Shown here: positions 20,103 to 29,977 of the stretch, piece after piece
Layout of the letters: each line of letters opens with the position of its first letter
Position numbering within the stretch: position 1 is the stretch's first letter
IMG/VR virus record: IMGVR_UViG_3300008107_000046
Location: 1-64,000 of that record
DNA length: 64,000 nucleotides
Source of the DNA: a virus
Strand: one strand, 5' to 3'
Program-made: the position numbers and the translations under genes
Notes under the pieces: generated by a model
Databases searched by the model: none
Told to the model about the DNA's origin: nothing
What the model saw: only the letters and a program-made list of their open reading frames with translations

Positions 20103-20121
20103 TTGAGTTAATAACTCTAAT

Positions 20122-21258
20122 ATGAAAAACGAAGTAAATTTTAAATATATTGATGTCTTTGATAACAAAGATGTAACTTATGATTTGGAAAAATATCCAA
20201 TGAATAAGATTATTCTTAGGGAAGTACAAAAATATTATCCAAGTGTCCAAGATCTAAGTCTTCTTCATGAACATATTGAAGGTGGAAAAGTATCTGATTT
20301 AATGTCTAAGGTAAGTAAAGACTTAACAAAGACTGAATTTTACGAGTACTTTGATGATATTGTTAAACAATATGTTGTATCCCAAATTGATCGTGATGTT
20401 TTAATCCAAAAATTTGGAAATGTTAGGGCAGTTATTCCAAATCAAGACAAAATTGGCGCTCTTCTTCATTTTCATCAAGGAAGATGGGTTGGTAACGGTC
20501 TTGGATTAAGAACTGTTTGGATGGCATTTACTGATTGTTATGAAAGTAATAGTTTACAAATTCTTCCTTTAGAGGAAAGTAGAAAAATTACGATTGACGC
20601 AGTTAAAGAAAATTGGACATATGAAAAACTCCAAGAAGAATGTACAAAATATGCATTCCCTGTAACTATTAAACCTGGACAGTTTCATTTGTTTACTCAG
20701 GAACATATTCATGGCAATTTTCCAAATCTCACTAATAAAACGAGAATTAGTATTGATGTAAGAATTCTATTGAAAGATGGTCAACCACACCGTAAATGGC
20801 CTGGTGCTTACTTTAGGAAATTGGGAGATCTTGATATTAATTCTACACCAGTAGAAATTAAATCAGGTGAATCTACAGCAACATATGCTGAGTATGAAGG
20901 ATTTAAAACAAAAGGAATTGATCTTCATTTTCAAACTCTTACCGTAAGAAATTATTGTTCCAGAATGGGATATGTTTTCCCATATCAACATGCGGATAAT
21001 GAAGGTACTCACCATGCACATTTAGAACATTTAATTGAGCATGGAAATATTGATCATTTGTTCCTGTTTAGTATTTTTTCACTACCAGATGATCCAGATA
21101 GAAGACAATATTTAATGAATTTAGCTTTAAAGAGTAATTGTAAACTGCACTTTGCAAATGAAGAATTTGTACTTGACAATGAGAAAATGTTGAGTAAAAT
21201 AGAGTACTTACGATCGTTTACGAATGATTGGACAAATCCTGTTGATCAAGTTCTATGA
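20122..21258 (+). CDS. 2OG-Fe(II) dioxygenase-fold enzyme with HxG motif fused to a carbohydrate-cluster-type C-terminal domain
   Basis: FHQGRW...VWMAFTDCYESNSL...HIHGNFPNLTNKTRISIDVR; C-terminal FSIFSLPDD...LHFANE. Confidence 0.65.
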   Translation: MKNEVNFKYIDVFDNKDVTYDLEKYPMNKIILREVQKYYPSVQDLSLLHEHIEGGKVSDLMSKVSKDLTKTEFYEYFDDIVKQYVVSQIDRDVLIQKFGNVRAVIPNQDKIGALLHFHQGRWVGNGLGLRTVWMAFTDCYESNSLQILPLEESRKITIDAVKENWTYEKLQEECTKYAFPVTIKPGQFHLFTQEHIHGNFPNLTNKTRISIDVRILLKDGQPHRKWPGAYFRKLGDLDINSTPVEIKSGESTATYAEYEGFKTKGIDLHFQTLTVRNYCSRMGYVFPYQHADNEGTHHAHLEHLIEHGNIDHLFLFSIFSLPDDPDRRQYLMNLALKSNCKLHFANEEFVLDNEKMLSKIEYLRSFTNDWTNPVDQVL

Positions 21259-21437
21259 AAATTAATCTTTGGTATTGTAATGATATGAAACAATGGCGTT
21301 GGACCTTATGTGATGATTCGAGACCTATATTAAAGCAAGAATCTGGTCAACAACCAAATCTTAGAGATGCAATGAATGATGTGGCAAATACTGTTGAATA
21401 TATACTTGACAAACAAGAAAATGGTGCTATAATTTAA
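21255..21437 (+). CDS. conserved cyanophage hypothetical protein
   Basis: MKINLWYCNDMKQWRWTL...QESGQ...AMNDVANTVEY. Confidence 0.65.
   Translation: MKINLWYCNDMKQWRWTLCDDSRPILKQESGQQPNLRDAMNDVANTVEYILDKQENGAII
21406..21433 (+). promoter_or_regulatory. sigma70-type promoter with extended -10
   Basis: TTGACA-16 nt-TATAAT with TG-n before the -10. Confidence 0.7.
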
Positions 21438-21438
21438 T

Positions 21439-21505
21439 TGCGATACTAATTCGCAGTGACCCAAAAAGTGTGACTTCAGAACCCTCTTTTAGAGGGTTTT
21501 GTTGT
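21439..21505 (+). ncRNA. candidate small RNA (5' hairpin, linker, terminator)
   Basis: Lies between a consensus promoter and an intrinsic terminator; no ATG-initiated ORF. Confidence 0.45.
21477..21505 (+). terminator. intrinsic terminator
   Basis: CAGAACCCTCT-TTT-AGAGGGTTTTG stem followed by U-rich tail. Confidence 0.75.
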
Positions 21506-21566
21506 ATTAAAATCACTATTTTTTATGTGAATAAATAAAACATAGTAGAAACCTAAGAGTAATAAA

Positions 21567-24500
21567 ATGGGTCTTAGTCGCTTAGATAATTTCTTAAAAA
21601 ATAGCAGAGGAAATACTCTGTATGTCGATCCATCGAGTATTGACGCTACAGACAGTATTGAAAATCAAGGTAATTCTCTTGCTCGCCCGTTTAAAACAAT
21701 TCAGAGAGCACTGATAGAAGCAGCAAGATTTTCATATCAGCGAGGATTTGATAATGATAGGTTTGGTAGAACCACTATCATAGTTTATCCTGGTGATCAT
21801 ATTATTGATAATAGACCTGGATGGATACCTATTCATGAAGCACCTGTAAGTGGTAGTAACTGGAGACAAAGAAGTGGTGCATTATCAAATGATTTTACTG
21901 CGTTTAATTTAGATTCTAATTTTGATGTATTTGATGATAATAATGATCTGTATAAATTTAATAGTGTTTATGGTGGAGTAATAATACCTCGTGGTACATC
22001 TTTAGTAGGACTTGATTTAAGAAAGACTAAAATCAGACCAAGATTTGTACCTGATCCTACAAATGATAATATTCAAACAACTGCTATTTTCAGAGTAACT
22101 GGTTCTTGCTATTTTTATCAGTTTACTCTTTTTGATGCCGATCCAGCAGGAACTGTTTATAATTCTTATAATAATACAAAATTTGTACCTAATTTTTCAC
22201 ATCATAAAGTAACTGCGTTTGAATATGCGGATGGAGCAAATCCAGTAAGTATTAATGATACATTTTTAAACTATTATACTGATAGAACTGATTTAGACTT
22301 ATATTATCAAAAAATTGGACTTGCTTATGGTCCTTCAAGTGGAAGAGAAATTGCTAATGATTATCCTAGCACCGCTATAGATGTTCAAGCAAAAGTAGAT
22401 GAATTTAGAATTGTTGGATCAAAAGGACAAGATGTTGGTATTACTAGCATAAGATCTGGTGATGGTGTAACTGCTAGTACCACAATTACTGTTGATTTAG
22501 AAGAAATTATTCCAGGTTTGGATGTAGATACTCCAATCAGAATTGAAGGAGTTCCAGTATCTGGATATAATGGTCAATATGTAATTTCTACAGTAGAAAC
22601 TCCAACTAGGATTACCTATAAAACTTCAGTCGCTCCTGTTAATCCTTTACCACTAATAGTAAGTGGTTCTCCTACATTAAACGTTGTAGTTGACACTGTA
22701 ACATCATCTTCTCCATACATATTCAACTGTTCTTTAAGATCAGTTTTTGGTATGTGTGGTCTTCATGCTGATGGAAGTAAATCAGATGGATTTAAATCAA
22801 TGGTTGTTGCCCAATTCACAGGAATTGGACTTCAAAAAGATGATAATGCTTTTGTAAGATATAATAATTCTACAGGTGTATATGAGGATAATACTGCAGT
22901 AACGAATATTCACACAAATTCTTCTGCATTATATAAACCAACTTATGAAAGTTTCCATATTAAAGCATCTAATGATGCATTCCTACAATTAGTATCTATT
23001 TTTGCTATTGGTTATGCAAATCACTTCTTAGTGGAAAGTGGTGGTGATCACTCTATTACTAACTCAAACTCCAACTTTGGTGCAAAGGCATTAGTTGCAA
23101 GAGGATTTAAGCGTGACGCTTTCCCAAGAGATGATACTGGATTTATAACTCACATTATACCACCAAAAGAAATTGAAACCTCAGATGTTACGATTGAATT
23201 TGATGCTATTGATGTTAATGCAACTGTTGGTGTTGGATCAACAACTAGACTGTACTTATATAACAGAACCAACCCTAATGACCCACCAAATCACATTGTA
23301 GAAGGATACAGAATTGGTGCTAAAGTAGACGATAGTTTGCATGTGTTGTTGAATGATGGTAGTGGTACTACAAGATCACTATCTGCTAGAATTATTATGC
23401 CTAATACCCAAAATACGGGTGTTTACGAATCAACTTCTAGAAAAATAGTTCATGTTGGTAGAACGACTGCAGGAATTAATAGTATTGCTGCGGATACATT
23501 AACATTTACTACTCCACATAAATTTATTAATGGTGAAACTATTAGAATTACCAGTAGCACTGGTGAATTACCTGATGGATTAAGACATAATCAGGTTTAC
23601 TATGCAATAACAAATGGTGTAAACTCTGACCAAATTCAAATTGCACAGACATTTAATGATACTGTTACTGCAGATGCAATTTCAATTAATAATAAAGGTG
23701 GTATATTAGTCGTAGAAAGTAGAGTATCTGATAAAGTTTCTGGTGATATTGGACATCCTATTCAGTTTGATAGTAATATAGGGCAATGGTATTTAACTGT
23801 AAGTGGAATTTCTACATTTAATAATCTTACTTCTGCTATTGTTGGTCTAGGGACAAATGGATTAGGTAGTGCGACTTCCAGATCATTTATAAAAAGAACC
23901 CCAGATACTAGATCTTTATCCGATAAAATTTACAAAGCAAGATATATTATTCCAAGAGATTCTGTTGTTGTTGCTAGACCACCTCAGGAAGGATTTGTAA
24001 TTCAAGAATCTAATGATAATATTGGACCAAATGCTGCCGAAATTATAAAGTACAATAGTGTAGATTCTGTAAACTTATCTAATAGTTCTGAATTAAGAAA
24101 CTATAGATTAATATCTGATGCTATTTGGGATAATTTAGTTGGTATTGCAACTTTTACTACAGAAGTTGCACATGAACTTTCTGCAGGTTCTTTAATTGAG
24201 ATTAAAAATATTAAGACAACTACCAATGTAAATGGTATTGGAAACAGTGGATTTAATGGATACCATGTAGTTTCATCAAAACCAACCAGAAGAACATTTA
24301 CAGTTGGATTGACTACAAATCCTGGTACTTTTATAAACAATACTTCTGTTAGAGATGAAAATCTACCTTATTATAGTAGAGCAAAATTCAATAATACATT
24401 CGTAGTATATAAGTCTGATGAAATTCAAGAGTATGTTCCAAATGATAAAGATGGAATTTATCATTTAACCCTGCTAAGTGTTTCGAATTCACCAAATGTA

Positions 24501-27452
24501 GTACCATTTGATGGACTAAGATTTTCTCAACCAATTAAAAATCTTTATCCTCAGTTAGATCGTGATAATTCAAATTCCGATCCACAAAAGGCAACATCGT
24601 TTGCACTACCAAATCCAATTGGTTTAGTTGAAGTTGATAACCCAGAACATAGTATTACTAGAGAAACTTTAGTTAATAAATTACATGATTTTGCAGTTGG
24701 TTTTGGACTAACTGACATTCAATCATCATCTGGTGTTGCTCATACCTTATATACAAAATTAGATCATGGTCTTAATAGAATTACTAGAGTTGGTATTGTA
24801 AGTACTGGACGAAATTATGGAAATGGTTCAGGAACAGATCAAACTTTATACAATGCAAAGTTAGTTGGATTTGCTGGATCTACTACTGGTAAGTATGCAA
24901 CTGCTAATATAAAAATTAATGCATCTGGTTCTATTACTGCTGTTAATATTGTTGATGGTGGTAGTGCATATGGCATTGGTAATACTTTAGCAATCGTTGG
25001 TGTTGCAACAACTTCCGCTCATATTGTTGGTGTTGTAAGTGTAACTCAAATTTATAATAATATCGGTGATACCATTGCAGTAGAAGGTGTTCAGGGAGAT
25101 ACTTTTAAAACATATAATAACTTATACAGAATTACAAGTATAAATGTGGGGCAAGAGAAACAAATTCAAGTTTCTTCTGCATCAACAATTACTGCAGATT
25201 ATGAATTTATTGGATCATTACCAATAATTGGTGTTAATACTAATGGATTGGTCAAAGTTAATACTGATGCTTTATTGTATACTGCAGCATATGTAACTGG
25301 AAAAACCATAGGAATTTCATCAATATCCTATCAAAAAACAACTGGTATTGCTAGTGTTACATTTTCACAACCTCATGGATATTATGTTGATAATAAAGTA
25401 AGAATTAGTGGATTTAATGAGAATTTCTTTAATGGGGATTTTATTGTTAAGAAAATTAATAGTGTAAATTCTTTTGATATTAATGTTGGTGTAAATACTA
25501 TTTCCTTAGGAACTACTACAAATACTGGTGCATATGCATTTAAACCTGGATTTGGTGCTCAAGGTGGATTTTTAAATGTTAATAATGAAAGAAGTTCTGG
25601 TAGAATTACCCCATATTATGCTGGAATTACAACTACGTTATCTATTGCATTAACAAACCCAAATACAAATACACTTACTGTTGCTGATGCTCTAAGACTT
25701 AATCTGCAGGTTGGTGATTATCTTATTGTAGATAGTGAGATAATGAGAGTTTCTTCTACAGTAACATCTTCAACACAAATTAATGTTTTCCGTGGTTTAT
25801 TTGGTAGTTCTAAAGAAAGTCATCCACTTAATTCTGTTGTAAGAAGAGTTAAATTTATCCCAATTGAATTTAGAAGGAACTCAATTCTTCGTGCTTCTGG
25901 TCATACATTTGAGTATCTTGGATTTGGTCCTGGTAACTATTCTACTGCTCTTCCAGAAAGACAGGATAGAAAGTTTACTGATACTGAAAGAGTACTGTCA
26001 CAATCAGTAAGTGATGATGGTGGTGCTCCAATTTACACTGGTATGGATGACAGAGGTAATAATTATACTGTTAATGCTGTTACTAATTCATCTACTGGTC
26101 AAGAACTTCTTGTAAATACTCCAATACCTTCTGTTAGAGGTGAAGATTTAACATCAGACACAACTTCTGTTGGATTTGATGTACAATCAACATCAGAGTT
26201 AACAATTCAAAGATCATTAAAAGTTGAAGGTGGAAATGCTGGAACTATAATTTCGGAATTTAATGGTCCTGTTATATTCAACAATAAGTTATCATCTAAT
26301 TCTGATGAAGGTATTGAAGCAAATTCCCTATATTTACAGGGTGATGCTACTATCTCTAGAAAGTACACTGTTGGTGTATCGCAACCATCTTTAGCAGGTA
26401 ACCCAGGAGATATTGTATTTTATTCTGATCCTCATCCAGGTGGAACGATTGGATGGGTTTATACAGTAGAAAATAATTGGAAAGAATTTGCACCAATTAA
26501 GAATGAAAATGGGCACTTTGTTGGTATCTTCAGTGGTTCATTTATTGGTGATGGATCTGCTCTTAGTAGTGTATCTGATATTTGGGTTTTTGATGGTGTT
26601 GGTATTTCAACGACTGCTAATGTTGGTATCGAAACAACTTCAGCAAAACCAGGATATTCGCTTTATGCTTCTGGACCAGTATTATTTGAAAATAACGTAG
26701 AATTTAGATCTCAGTCTCTACTTTGGAATATTACTAATGGTTTCTTAGTTAATACTGGTATTACTACATTTAATCAACAATTGAATGCTAATACATTTAG
26801 AACTGTTGGTGTTGCTACGTTCCAAAATGATATTATTGTAACTACTAATCCAGCAACAACTGGAGATACTGCTGGTAATTATTTAAAATTTGTTCAAACT
26901 GATACTGCTATCAACTCTTCGTATTTCTATGGTGGAATTCTTTGGGATGGTAATGATACTGGTAATAATGGAACTAGAGGATATATTAGAGGAGAATCTG
27001 AAGGAACTTCTGGTCAATTTGCTATAACTTTTGGTACTCAATCAACTGGTGCAAGTAATCCACAGGAAAGATTGAGACTTGATAGTGTTGGTGATGTTAA
27101 TGTCACTAACAATTTAAATGTTGGTATTAATATTGTTGCTTCTGGTGAAATAACTGCCAATTCTGATGAAAGAATTAAAACTAATATTAAGACTATTGAT
27201 AATGCACTTGATAAAGTTCTTCAACTTCGTGGAGTTGAGTATGATCGTACAGATATTGAAAAGCATCAAATTGGTGTTATTGCTCAAGAGGTTGAGAAAG
27301 TCTTACCAGACTTAGTTTTAGATGGTGAGAAAAAGTCTGTTGCGTATGGTAACATGGTAGCAGTTCTTATCGAAGCGATCAAAGAGCAACAAAAACAAAT
27401 TGATGCTCAAGGTAAGCAAATCGAGGAACTTTTAAAGAGACTTGACGGATAA
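21567..27452 (+). CDS. large tail fibre / structural protein with C-terminal intramolecular chaperone (peptidase S74) domain
   Basis: MGLSRLDNFLKN...RPFKTIQRALIEAARFSY; C-terminal SDERIKTNI...GVIAQEVEKVLP...VAYGNMVAVLIEAIKEQ; late promoter at 21530-21537. Confidence 0.85.
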   Translation: MGLSRLDNFLKNSRGNTLYVDPSSIDATDSIENQGNSLARPFKTIQRALIEAARFSYQRGFDNDRFGRTTIIVYPGDHIIDNRPGWIPIHEAPVSGSNWRQRSGALSNDFTAFNLDSNFDVFDDNNDLYKFNSVYGGVIIPRGTSLVGLDLRKTKIRPRFVPDPTNDNIQTTAIFRVTGSCYFYQFTLFDADPAGTVYNSYNNTKFVPNFSHHKVTAFEYADGANPVSINDTFLNYYTDRTDLDLYYQKIGLAYGPSSGREIANDYPSTAIDVQAKVDEFRIVGSKGQDVGITSIRSGDGVTASTTITVDLEEIIPGLDVDTPIRIEGVPVSGYNGQYVISTVETPTRITYKTSVAPVNPLPLIVSGSPTLNVVVDTVTSSSPYIFNCSLRSVFGMCGLHADGSKSDGFKSMVVAQFTGIGLQKDDNAFVRYNNSTGVYEDNTAVTNIHTNSSALYKPTYESFHIKASNDAFLQLVSIFAIGYANHFLVESGGDHSITNSNSNFGAKALVARGFKRDAFPRDDTGFITHIIPPKEIETSDVTIEFDAIDVNATVGVGSTTRLYLYNRTNPNDPPNHIVEGYRIGAKVDDSLHVLLNDGSGTTRSLSARIIMPNTQNTGVYESTSRKIVHVGRTTAGINSIAADTLTFTTPHKFINGETIRITSSTGELPDGLRHNQVYYAITNGVNSDQIQIAQTFNDTVTADAISINNKGGILVVESRVSDKVSGDIGHPIQFDSNIGQWYLTVSGISTFNNLTSAIVGLGTNGLGSATSRSFIKRTPDTRSLSDKIYKARYIIPRDSVVVARPPQEGFVIQESNDNIGPNAAEIIKYNSVDSVNLSNSSELRNYRLISDAIWDNLVGIATFTTEVAHELSAGSLIEIKNIKTTTNVNGIGNSGFNGYHVVSSKPTRRTFTVGLTTNPGTFINNTSVRDENLPYYSRAKFNNTFVVYKSDEIQEYVPNDKDGIYHLTLLSVSNSPNVVPFDGLRFSQPIKNLYPQLDRDNSNSDPQKATSFALPNPIGLVEVDNPEHSITRETLVNKLHDFAVGFGLTDIQSSSGVAHTLYTKLDHGLNRITRVGIVSTGRNYGNGSGTDQTLYNAKLVGFAGSTTGKYATANIKINASGSITAVNIVDGGSAYGIGNTLAIVGVATTSAHIVGVVSVTQIYNNIGDTIAVEGVQGDTFKTYNNLYRITSINVGQEKQIQVSSASTITADYEFIGSLPIIGVNTNGLVKVNTDALLYTAAYVTGKTIGISSISYQKTTGIASVTFSQPHGYYVDNKVRISGFNENFFNGDFIVKKINSVNSFDINVGVNTISLGTTTNTGAYAFKPGFGAQGGFLNVNNERSSGRITPYYAGITTTLSIALTNPNTNTLTVADALRLNLQVGDYLIVDSEIMRVSSTVTSSTQINVFRGLFGSSKESHPLNSVVRRVKFIPIEFRRNSILRASGHTFEYLGFGPGNYSTALPERQDRKFTDTERVLSQSVSDDGGAPIYTGMDDRGNNYTVNAVTNSSTGQELLVNTPIPSVRGEDLTSDTTSVGFDVQSTSELTIQRSLKVEGGNAGTIISEFNGPVIFNNKLSSNSDEGIEANSLYLQGDATISRKYTVGVSQPSLAGNPGDIVFYSDPHPGGTIGWVYTVENNWKEFAPIKNENGHFVGIFSGSFIGDGSALSSVSDIWVFDGVGISTTANVGIETTSAKPGYSLYASGPVLFENNVEFRSQSLLWNITNGFLVNTGITTFNQQLNANTFRTVGVATFQNDIIVTTNPATTGDTAGNYLKFVQTDTAINSSYFYGGILWDGNDTGNNGTRGYIRGESEGTSGQFAITFGTQSTGASNPQERLRLDSVGDVNVTNNLNVGINIVASGEITANSDERIKTNIKTIDNALDKVLQLRGVEYDRTDIEKHQIGVIAQEVEKVLPDLVLDGEKKSVAYGNMVAVLIEAIKEQQKQIDAQGKQIEELLKRLDG

Positions 27453-27513
27453 TTGACCAATTGATAAACTGTCACAAGGGGTCCCCCAGGACCCCTTTGT
27501 TTTGCTGTATAAT
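27453..27513 (+). promoter_or_regulatory. palindromic box + hairpin + TATAAT early-type promoter (hairpin may also terminate the fibre gene)
   Basis: TGACCAATTGATAAACTGTCACA; AAGGGGTCC-CCCA-GGACCCCTT; TATAAT at 27508. Confidence 0.65.
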
Positions 27514-27526
27514 AATTACATCATCA

Positions 27527-28768
27527 ATGAGTTCCATGTTCCAACTTCGCCCCCATCAGAAATCTGCTCTTGAGGCGATGCTGCTCCATGCAAAAGGTAT
27601 TGTCGTTGCTCCTACAGGCGCAGGTAAGAGCATCATCGCTATCTATGATACTATTCGCCATTTCGCTTTGGGAAACCAAACTGTGGTTGTGGTTGCTCCT
27701 AGACTGCTTCTTGCTCAGCAGTTGTGTTCTGAGTTCATGGAGCACATCACTGATGCTTCTGTAATGCATGTTCACTCTGCTAAAGACTGCAATTACTTTG
27801 CTACAACTAAACCTGATGAGATTGGCGATTGGTGTGAAAATACTCAAGGTAACAAACTGATTTTTACAACTTATAATTCTCTTCAGCGCATCGTTGACGC
27901 AGGTATTCATGTCAATGCTATCTATTTTGACGAAGCACACAATTCTGTTAAAAAATCATTTTTTGATGGCACACGCATTCTATCTAAGTATGCTAACCAT
28001 TGCTATTTCTTTACTGCAACTCCGAAATATTCTTCTACTCCGAAAAAACCAGGAATGAATGATCATGAAGTTTATGGTAAGATCATCTTTAATGTTCCTG
28101 CTCCTGAACTAATTGCCAATGGTTCCATTCTTCCTCCTAAAATCAATGCTATGAATATTGGTTCTGCTCGTGATAAGGATCAGAATGCTGCTGAGAGGGA
28201 TTGTATGACCCTCCTGGATACTATTCTGAATGAAGATCATATGGACAAAGTTCTTGTTGCTGCTCCTAACACCAAGGTTTTAATTCGTATGATTGCTGAG
28301 ACTGATTTCATGACAGAAGTTCAGTCTTATGGTTATGATGTTCTTTGGATCACTGCTAAGTATGGTGCATTTATCAACAACACAAAAATCAGTCGTGAAG
28401 AGTTCTTTAACAAGATCTCTGACTTTGGTAAAGATCCTAACAAAAAGTTCATTGTCCTTCATTACTCCATCCTTAGTGAAGGTATTTCTGTGCCTGGTCT
28501 TACTTCTCTTGTTATGATGCGTCAGATGAATGTGATTGAGATGTGTCAGTCTATCGGTCGCGTTATCCGTCTTCATCTTGATGACATCAAAGCAATTCAG
28601 AACGGTCAAATCAAGGCGGGTGACTTGAATTCATATACTAAATCTTTTGGTCTAATCCATGTTCCTGTTTACAGCAACACTGGTATTTCCACAGTGCGTC
28701 GTCTTCAATCTGTTGTCGATACTGTGTTTGTTGAGGGTCAACCTGCTATTTCAGTAATTAAAAAATGA
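27527..28768 (+). CDS. superfamily II (DEAH / type III Res-like) helicase
   Basis: LRPHQ, APTGAGKS, FDEAH, FTATP, ILSEGISVP, QSIGRVIR; start moved downstream of promoter. Confidence 0.88.
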   Translation: MSSMFQLRPHQKSALEAMLLHAKGIVVAPTGAGKSIIAIYDTIRHFALGNQTVVVVAPRLLLAQQLCSEFMEHITDASVMHVHSAKDCNYFATTKPDEIGDWCENTQGNKLIFTTYNSLQRIVDAGIHVNAIYFDEAHNSVKKSFFDGTRILSKYANHCYFFTATPKYSSTPKKPGMNDHEVYGKIIFNVPAPELIANGSILPPKINAMNIGSARDKDQNAAERDCMTLLDTILNEDHMDKVLVAAPNTKVLIRMIAETDFMTEVQSYGYDVLWITAKYGAFINNTKISREEFFNKISDFGKDPNKKFIVLHYSILSEGISVPGLTSLVMMRQMNVIEMCQSIGRVIRLHLDDIKAIQNGQIKAGDLNSYTKSFGLIHVPVYSNTGISTVRRLQSVVDTVFVEGQPAISVIKK

Positions 28769-29202
28769 AATACGAAGTTATACGAGATCAATTTTATGAG
28801 TGTTTGGATCTGACCTGGGATGTTATCAACACTCAAGTTGAAAAAGAAATTCAAAATAATACATGTAGAATTATAGGTAACGATGAAGAAAAGACTATTC
28901 TTCTTTTAGATAATGAGAATTTTCATCCAATCATATCTAAAATGTATGCTATAATGAGATATAAGTATCGTCTTACGACTTTACATATATACACTTCACA
29001 AAATAATGCACAGACATTTGGAAGGCATTGTGATCAGTCAGACGTTTTAATTGTTCAATCAATAGGTAAAATGTCTTATAAATTTGATGATGGTGAATTA
29101 ATCGTATTAAAACCTGGAGATGGGGTTTACATCCCAAAAGGAATGTATCATGATCCTATTCCTATCGAACCTAGAGTGTCATTAAGTTTTTCTTGGAATT
29201 AA
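28765..29202 (+). CDS. JmjC/cupin-type 2OG oxygenase
   Basis: FGRHCDQSDVLIVQSIG...LKPGDGVYIPKGMYH...RVSLSF. Confidence 0.75.
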   Translation: MKYEVIRDQFYECLDLTWDVINTQVEKEIQNNTCRIIGNDEEKTILLLDNENFHPIISKMYAIMRYKYRLTTLHIYTSQNNAQTFGRHCDQSDVLIVQSIGKMSYKFDDGELIVLKPGDGVYIPKGMYHDPIPIEPRVSLSFSWN

Positions 29203-29378
29203 TTATGTTAGAAGGATTTGTAACAAAAGATGGGTATGCAGCAGTACCTTTTGGAAAACAACTTATGGTTATTTACGATGGACAGCAGTTGAAAGTATGC
29301 AGAACAGAAAGTTCTGCTAGGAATTTTATTAAAAAACACTCTTCTCAACCAAAACCTGGAACTATTTTTGTACAATGA
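29193..29378 (+). CDS. conserved cyanophage hypothetical protein
   Basis: GFVTKDGYAAVPFGKQLMVIYDGQQL. Confidence 0.6.
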   Translation: MELIMLEGFVTKDGYAAVPFGKQLMVIYDGQQLKVCRTESSARNFIKKHSSQPKPGTIFVQ

Positions 29379-29584
29379 TGATGAAAAAGGAAAAAACTAA
29401 ATTTGTTTGTGTTTCCCCTCTTTCAAACAAAGCACGATATCACTTTCATTTGCATATGGATAATCTCCATTCGTGCCGAGTAAAAGATGAAAAGGATGGT
29501 AAAATCTATCTTGAGTCTTTAAATAAACAGCATTATTTTTGGATCGATAAAAACTCTGATAAAAATTGGAAAATTGAAAAATGA
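29375..29584 (+). CDS. conserved cyanophage hypothetical protein
   Basis: FVCVSPLSNKAR...MDNLHSCRV...YLESLN. Confidence 0.6.
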   Translation: MMMKKEKTKFVCVSPLSNKARYHFHLHMDNLHSCRVKDEKDGKIYLESLNKQHYFWIDKNSDKNWKIEK

Positions 29585-29787
29585 AAGTTCAAACAGAAAC
29601 AGATGCTCTGGTAACTATTACTGTTGACAGAGAAGGTTTAGAAACAATGATTAATGCAGCTTCTGCTGCTATTACTTATCTGAATGAATGGAATATGGGT
29701 GATGAATATGATACTGACATCACCCCTTATCATGAAATTTTATACACTCTTAAACAAAAATACGAAAGTGTCTATGGAAAATTTTAG
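29581..29787 (+). CDS. hypothetical protein
   Basis: Coupled ORF (ATGA overlap). Confidence 0.5.
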   Translation: MKVQTETDALVTITVDREGLETMINAASAAITYLNEWNMGDEYDTDITPYHEILYTLKQKYESVYGKF

Positions 29788-29977
29788 TATTGCTCGTTCT
29801 GAATTGATGCATTATAGACTGCAGGCATTCCTAAGGGAATTTAACTGCTCAGACATTGAATATATTGGGTTGCGTAATTCTGAACATTGGTATAAAATTG
29901 ATGGGCATGAGGTAAATGTAAAGGATATTGAGGAATTTGATCAAATTGATGATGATGAACAAACAGTTACTTATTAA
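29774..29977 (+). CDS. conserved cyanophage hypothetical protein
   Basis: ELMHYRLQAFLRE...EYIG...HWYKI; start reassigned to ATG 29774. Confidence 0.55.
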   Translation: MENFSIARSELMHYRLQAFLREFNCSDIEYIGLRNSEHWYKIDGHEVNVKDIEEFDQIDDDEQTVTY

